From the NCBI RefSeq assembly GCF_009914755.1, contig NC_060930.1: a DNA stretch of 64,000 bases, one strand, 5' to 3'. Source of the DNA: the human T2T-CHM13v2.0 reference genome, Homo sapiens. The notes beneath the pieces are model-generated. The model worked only from the letters and a program-made list of their open reading frames with translations. It had not been told where the DNA came from and searched no databases. The position numbers and the translations under genes are program-made. Shown here piece by piece: positions 57,060-64,000 of this stretch (within the stretch, counting starts at the first letter, position 1; the number at the start of each line of letters is the position of its first letter).

Positions 57060-59728
57060 TCACATCCTCCTCACTGCTCCGCAAAGGCACTTGTGCCAGA
57101 TGAGAAGTCTCCTTTTGGGCAGATTCCTATGATTGAGGGGAGGCTGGGGGGGCCCTGGGGGCTGGAAGCAAAGCCTCCCACATGCTGAATTCTTATCTGC
57201 AGCTGTGCTCTGTTTGGGCCCTTCCCAGGGTGCATCTTGGAGGACTACTTGCACTGTGTCTGGTGGGTTTGCTTCCCCGTTTTCATAGCTATATAGTTTC
57301 TGCCCTTTGTAGTACTCTCACTATGCTCCCCCATGTGGACCTGACTAGCTGGAAGAAACCGAGCACGTCGGGGAGAAAATGTCATTTCTCTTTCAGATCT
57401 GATGTTTAAGAAATGTATGCTGAGCGTAAAGATTATTACTGGGGACAGACCCAACCAATTCCAGGGCAGGGTTGGCTAGCAGAAGCCTGGAGAAGATTCC
57501 CTGAGGCTGATGGGGATCCGATCAGCCTGGGAGAGTTCTGTTCTCAGGGTTTTATCTTGGGCTTTTATCTGGTCAATGAGGTCTGAAGCCTCTTTTGCAG
57601 CTCCAGAGGGCAGAGGGCAGACCAGTTCCACTCTGAGACTGTCAGTCAAACAGATGGGATAATCACTCGTCCCTCCGGTCAAGTTTGCAAGTCTAAATTT
57701 CTAGCATACCTGAAGTTGTTCTGCTCCTGAATGGTGAACCGAGACAATGTGTCCTAAGCCAGTTGCCTGCCATTCTGTGGACCTTCCGTGTGTTTCCACT
57801 TCTTATTCTGGAACCGTCTTCTGTGAAAGTGAGCACTCAGGCACTGACCGTTCCCTCCGTCGGTGCAGCCCAGCCCCCTGCCCTCCTGACTCTCCATCTT
57901 TCTAACACGGAGGGGAGTGCTGGGCTTTTGTGAGGCACTTAATGGTTATCTCCCCAGAATATAGGCTCAGCGTCGAGGGCGTAGAAGAGTTCCTTCCAGA
58001 TAAGGAGCACATCTTAGGATGTGACTTGAATTCTCTAGACTTCCTTGGGTTTAGCGCTGAGTGAAGAGGCACGGAGAGGGTTTGGAGCTTTAGGGTAAAG
58101 CACTGATGGAAGAAAGGAATTCTGCCACTTACTGGGGTGCCTACGGGCTCTCCCACTTATGGTCTACGTAGGGATTCTACCACTGTACCCTACTTAAACG
58201 GACCTACCACTTGTGCGTACTGCCACTTATGGGTCTGCTGCGTGGCCGTGGGTAAATAAGCTTCCTTCTTCCCTGCTCCCATAAGGCCCTCCACCAGGCC
58301 CCCTTCATTATGGTTCTCTGTTGTTTGATGGCAGAAAGAGGGATGTTGTTTCTCTAGGGAACTTTGGAAGGTGTGACTTGGAGGTGGATGCTAGAACTTC
58401 CGCCGGAAATTGGAGCTCCAGACCCTCCTCTTCCCCAGGTTCAGTTGCTTTGTTACCCGCTCTTGCTACACCTCCTTCCCCTCAAACTCTGCCCACCTCT
58501 GAAGGGGAGAATGATTACTCACAAAGACAAACCAAGCACAGAAATAGCCAACCTATTTGTGGCTTAAATGCAAGCAGTTTTATTTTTACAGTGAGTTGCT
58601 GTATTTTCTCTAAGGATAAATCATTATCTACCAAAAATGCGACTCCAGCTCCATCTGTGATAGTTCCTGCTTTGTTAGTGGTGCCAATTAGTCACAAAAC
58701 AACTGGGGCCTTCCGCCACCCACTCAAGCTGGGGGCAAAGAGAGCCACCTCTTTCTGACTCTCCCGGCCGGCCACCAACCCCTTTGGAGACTCTCTCCCT
58801 ACCTAGAAGCCATCGGGCCACCCTGGCTTCCTGGCGGCTTGCTCTTCATTCACCTTGGGACCATTATCAATTTCCAAATTGGGCAGCTTGTTGTCCTCTG
58901 CCCGTGTGGACAGACTTCTGTTAGGCACTGGAAAAAGCAAATTGGTGAGGACCTCTGTTCTGTTGACTTACATAATGACGTTGGAGTCCTCCTTCTAGTT
59001 GGTCACTCTGCGCAGGGTTTCACAGCACCCATGGGGACAGGGTGAAATGTTCATAACATCTGGGCAGCCCCTGATCTGAGAAGCAGCGAATGTGGAGCAG
59101 AGAGGATCCCTCTGTCGTATCCCATCTCCTTCATCCCTCATTTCCTTCGGGATCAATTCCTCCCCTGCTGGGATTGGAAGCTTCCTGGGCAGCCTCTTAT
59201 TTTTCCCTAATCATGTTTTCTTCCGTGGGTCTGATCCTTTCCCACCCGTGCTCCTTCTTTTCTGCCTTGCAGTCTGCTTTAGATGGTGCCTGTTTCCTTT
59301 TTAGTTTCTGACCATCCTCTGGGAAACTAAAGTTCTTCAGGAGGCTGAACTTCTCCTTCCTTGGAGCATCAGAACCAGGTAATGAGAACACCTTTCCAAC
59401 TTCAAGACCGAGTTCACCTGGTCTGTTGATTTGCTGCTCAGCACTGCCTACCCAGTAGATGCCTGCTGGCTTCAGGGGAAGCTCTCTTCTCTCCCCTTTC
59501 TTCTTCCCACTGGGAGGGCCGAGCTGCTGGTCAGGCTTCCCACAAGAGTAGTTTGGCTCTGCCCTGGGACTATGGTCTTCCTGCTTACGAAAACAGTCGG
59601 AGGGGAACTTCATCTGTGGGTTCCTATGTCTGCTTTCCCACAGAGTCTGAAACTGCCTTCTTACCCCTTTTGATATAGTTGGTCCCCGAGGTTCTTAATA
59701 CTTTGGCACAATATCTATGAAGGAATCC
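57060..59728 (-). pseudogene. Long low-complexity exon remnant, possible SEA module and CUB module
   Basis: Acceptor ttttctcttgtttaaag at 59729; long frames with sparse stops; SLYSGEITI; frame-preserving 71-nt GT-AG intron 57639-57709; STW..V / GRNYIAM / EGPKQS..ACG. Confidence 0.4.
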
Positions 59729-61539
59729 CTTTAAACAAGAGAAAATGCTACCCTGAGTGAGGGGTGGGTCTTCAGGCTTGGGATCTCAGACTTGGCTACC
59801 TGAGATCCAAGAGATCCAGAATTCTCAGCCTTTGGGGCTTCACATTGAGTTATTTGAAAAATGGGTAACATATTGGCCATTTTTGGTTTTTAAAAGGTAG
59901 AAAAACAAAAAACCTAACCAAACAACAACAACAACAAAAACACAAAAAATGCAGAACAGGGATCGGGGAAAAGGAATTTGCTCTCATGTTCCTGACTGCA
60001 CGGGTGAGAGTTGGCATCTAACAGAAACAGCTACTCCCAGGAGGAGCCCCCGGACCAGGCTGGGACGCAGTCTGGGCATGGCCAATGGTGCAGACCCCTG
60101 CCTTCACCCCTGAACACACTCCTTGGCTTGCTTGCTTTTCATAGCATCCTACGGGTCTTATATACTACACTGAGCATGATACTCTCCGAAACTGGGTTGG
60201 AGAAGGGAACAAATCCTTAACTATCTAGCCATGTGTCTCCCGTATGTCTCTCTGGGTCTATACATAGACTCATCTCATCATTACTAGGTTTTGAGTTAAT
60301 ATTATTAGCTCCATTTTACAGATGAGAAAACCAAGTCTTAGAGAGCTTGGCAGAGGTCACATAACTTATTAGAAACTGAGCTGGGAATTTGAGATGGTTC
60401 TGTCTTTCTACTACACATGCGGTTTTGCCCTTCCATGTGGCATTTCTCCACGTCATCTTTCTCTTTAGCCCTGGCTGGCCTTAGTGGTTCAAGGTGATCC
60501 ACTGCCTTGCATTATCACCAGCTCACACCCCACTCTGGATTGGCGTGAAGATTTTCACTTGAGTGTGTCACTGAATGATGCCATTGGAAGCTTCTGCTGA
60601 TAAGCGTGGGACCATCTGCTTGGCACATCTCAAATATTTTCAGCAGTGGGAGAGCAGCTCTGATTCCTTCAGAGATGAGAGGCTGCAGCCATCCTTCGAG
60701 ATGTTGGGACCGGAGACCCTGCAGGCTGGCTGGGCATTGATGCCCCAGATGTGAAGGGGCAGCCAACCTGTTGGCCACGTCTGACCCTTCCTGAGCAAAT
60801 GACACCAGTGAGTCTGCGTCCCAGTTTTTCATTGCTTAGCTGTCCTTGACAACCAGAGTAAGATTTTCTCTCTTTAAAAAGCTATTTCTTGGATAACTCT
60901 TTTCTGTGCTGGTTTTTCTTTCTTTTATTTTTTTCGGTGTGTTAGATGTTTGCCGTTGGTGTGTGTTGGCAAAAACTTCTCTTTCCTCCTGCCTTTGTTT
61001 TGGAAAATTTACTTCTTTGCTGAGTTAACTGTTCCCAGACATTGTTTTTCAACTTCAGGGTTGAAACTTCGCAGTAGCGTTTTCTTTTTTAACTCGTTGC
61101 AGGGGAAAGAATCTTAGGATCAATTCACAGTTTGAATGGTGGACTTGGAGGTTTTCAAGGCTGCTTAATGAAAGCTTATGAATGATAAAGAAGTTGAGGT
61201 TTGAAAGAGTTGTTACTGAATTTGATTCCTCTGGAGAAATCACTTGGCTATCAGCTCTTTGGCATCACAGGGGCAAGCTGTATTGATTTTTCTTCATTTT
61301 TCCTTAGTGGGCACTGGCATCAGTATTAGCTTCTGTTGCTTATGAAGCCGTATGCATTCCTTTGGTGACAAGATGTCTGTTAAAAGGAATCTCCTGCCCA
61401 GTCTTGATCTTTGGTATGAGCGTCTTAGCAACACTTCCCAGCCAGGATACTTAGGAGTAATTTGGTGAGAGAATGTATAGTGTGTTGTTAGATTGCTATG
61501 GGTGCAGCAGTAAAAAGGTGGTAAGAAGCTGGCCTCTAG

Positions 61540-61760
61540 CAGAGTGCCACGGCCTCGGCACTACTGGCATTTTGGGCTGGGTAATTCTTTGCCGTGTGGG
61601 CTGTCTTGTATATTATAGGATGTTTAGCAGCATCTCTGGCCTCTACCAACTAGATACCAGTAGCACACTCCTCTCCATTGTGACAACCAAAAATATCTTC
61701 AGGCATGCCAAACATCCCTTAGGGGACAAAATCACCTTCCCCCCTTTTAGACCAGGGCTC
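61540..61760 (-). mobile_element. MER20
   Basis: ggatgtttagcagcatctctggcctctaccaactagataccagtagcac. Confidence 0.85.
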
Positions 61761-63089
61761 TAAATTGATCCTGTGGTATGTTTGGAAAGGGAGCAAGAAG
61801 TCTCTGCTTCTGCGTACAGATGGCCCTAGTGTGGGGAAGACGGGAATGATGCATTTAATACCAGGACAGATGGTCCTGCCCTGTACATTCCCATCGGAGC
61901 CCTTGCCTGCCATGGAAATTCCATCTCACAAATGGGTTTCTGTTTGTCCAGGTGACTGCACACACACACAGGGAAGAATTTGCCCTTTTCTCTGGATCTG
62001 CACACCTAGAAATCCAGCCTAGGGTCAGGCTGTCTTTTAAGTTGCCTGGGAACAACAGGCGCTTTCAGATGGCCCACTCCCCCAGCCTGAGTTTTATTGG
62101 CTTTTCTCTCTTTCCTTTTTTCTCCCTGCCTTTCTCCCCAGCCCCCTCTTTCTTTCTTCTAAGAGTGATGTCCTAGGCTGGGTATCTGGGGCCATGGAAG
62201 GACTGTGCTCAACTGAATGGGAATGTGGAAGGGGTTGTTTGCTTCTGAGGTCTCTAGAGAACACTTGAGCAGCATAAATGTATGGCATTTAGAACTCTCT
62301 GCTGACTCTGAGTCTCCTTGTTTTTTCTATCAGCTCCACCACCCATCTGTTCCTCTCACTTTCATTGAGAGGTAATTGCAGCCAGCAATCTCAGGTGGAC
62401 CTGGCAGGACACAGGCTCTGCAAAGCCCACATCCTTACACATCAATGGAAACCACCATGCTTGTTTTCCCTGCTTGTTGATTCATTATCTCAGTTTGGCA
62501 TTTCCATGAGACTCATATTGGCAAAGTGCTGTTCAATCTCTAGCATTTCTTATACCCCAGCCTTTCAAACTACATTAAAATGCCAGCATGTGAAGCAGTT
62601 GAGACCCAGTGGGGTTAATCTGCTTGATGGAGGACTTGCCTCTCATGGTCAGTTTGACTGAAAGTGCAGCTCCCAGGCCAAGCAGCCGTAGGCACAAGCA
62701 GAATAGGCTGTGGCCTCTGCACTGTACTTTGATCAATGTCAAAACCCCTCTTCTCAAAAGTCTCTTCTGCATTCAGATGCGATACTGCCCACAATTCTTT
62801 GAGTTTTGCAGGAAGGTGGTGGGTGTTAAGTCCTACTTTCCACCATGGTCACCCTGGCTTATGGTGTCTTGTGTGAGGTGCTGGAGCCTGAATAGGCAAG
62901 GATCATCCCCATGGGGGCAGCCACGCCGGGGTGAGGGCAGTGGCAGTGGTGACATGGCAGGGGATGTCAGTGCTGGGCAGGGCAGGATATCTGCATGGGG
63001 GGTACAGGGAACTGGTGCTGGGTGTTGGAGCTCCTGCAGTGTGAGGTCTGTGTCTCAGGGTAGGGGGCAGGGGGAGCACTGGTCCAACA

Positions 63090-63620
63090 GGAAGTAAAAG
63101 GGCCCAACAAAGTGAGGAGGGCATCTGTGCAGGGGCAGGGGAAGAGCAGTGGCAGACATAGGCAACCATTCATAGGTGGGTTGATCAAATGAGTAAATGC
63201 ATAGAGGGCCAAGGGAGCCAGGTTTCTCAGAGAAGGGAGTTACAAATATGGAGAGGGAGAAAACTCAAATGAATTCACTGGTGGTGGGTCAAAACTGGAG
63301 ATATTGGTGTCAATTTATGATTATATGTATATATTTTATAAAGATATAAAAAGACATAGAAATACAGCCATAGGTGTGTGTATGTATGACTATACATAAA
63401 TGTTATCTATGTACATATATTCCTTAGCCCTGCCACTGAGAGGGGCTGGGAGCAGCGACAGCCTCCATGCAATGAGCACATTTTACACCCAGATCTTGGC
63501 TTCTAAATATAATTATTTACTGAAAGGAACCAGGGCTCCTTGGAGAAATGGCTGATTCTAGGCACTAGGGCAGGGGACATACAAGATTATGGTAAAGTGT
63601 CCAGTTTTTTGTGTTGGAAG
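63090..63620 (+). mobile_element. L1MD/MC 3' region
   Basis: aaaggaaccagggctccttggagaaatggctgattctagg. Confidence 0.75.
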
Positions 63621-63689
63621 GCTATTAGGCATATTGGAGGAAGTGTGGACCAGCGGGGAAGGTTGGATTGCTGTTTTGGCCCACTGAGA

Positions 63690-64000
63690 CTGCTCTGCCA
63701 CCTGATGAGGCTCAGTTGGAGATACCCAGGACATTTGGGTATATGGGTCTGACATGCTGGGGAGATGTGTGAGCTAAAGCTGTGCATTTGGATTTCATCA
63801 GAAAATGGTGATGGTTGAAATGGTGGGATTGAACAAGACCACCCAAGGAGAGTCTGTGGAGTAGGAAGGGAAGAGGGTCGAGAACGGAGCCTGCAGACTG
63901 GCCAACACGGCAAAACTCCGTTTCTACTAAAAATACCAAAAAATTAGTCAGATGTGGTGGCGGGTGCCTGTAGTCCCAGCTACTTGGGAGGCTGAGGCAG
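63690..64000 (+). mobile_element. L2 fragment followed by a partial Alu (~63895 to window end)
   Basis: Consensus motifs. Confidence 0.75.

Noticed and set aside
58118-58245. CRISPR-like repeat-spacer array
   Set aside because: Mammalian DNA; repeats are only ~8-10 bp, degenerate and irregularly spaced

Overview
Primate (probably human) genomic DNA, rich in interspersed repeats: Alu, L1PA/MA/MB/MC-ME, L2, MIR, a complete THE1 provirus, MST/MLT1 and ERV1 solo LTRs, MER20 and Tigger3. I see no intact protein-coding gene, RNA gene or CRISPR array. The main observation is that, once the repeats are removed, much of the remaining unique sequence translates on the MINUS strand into heavily decayed extracellular protein domains in a consistent N-to-C order. 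By eye these are roughly 20-25 CUB-like modules, three trypsin-family (S1A) serine-protease-like domains, possible SEA modules and one hydrophobic TM-like segment. This suggests an ancient fossil (unitary pseudogene, or two tandem ones) of a very large ovochymase/TTSP/cubilin-like CUB-protease gene spanning most of the window. It includes an internal duplication of a multi-CUB block (about 48.0-50.7 kb vs 14.5-17.0 kb). All domain calls come from manual motif matching across stops and frameshifts and need HMM or tblastn confirmation. Repeat subfamily names are from memory of consensus sequences.
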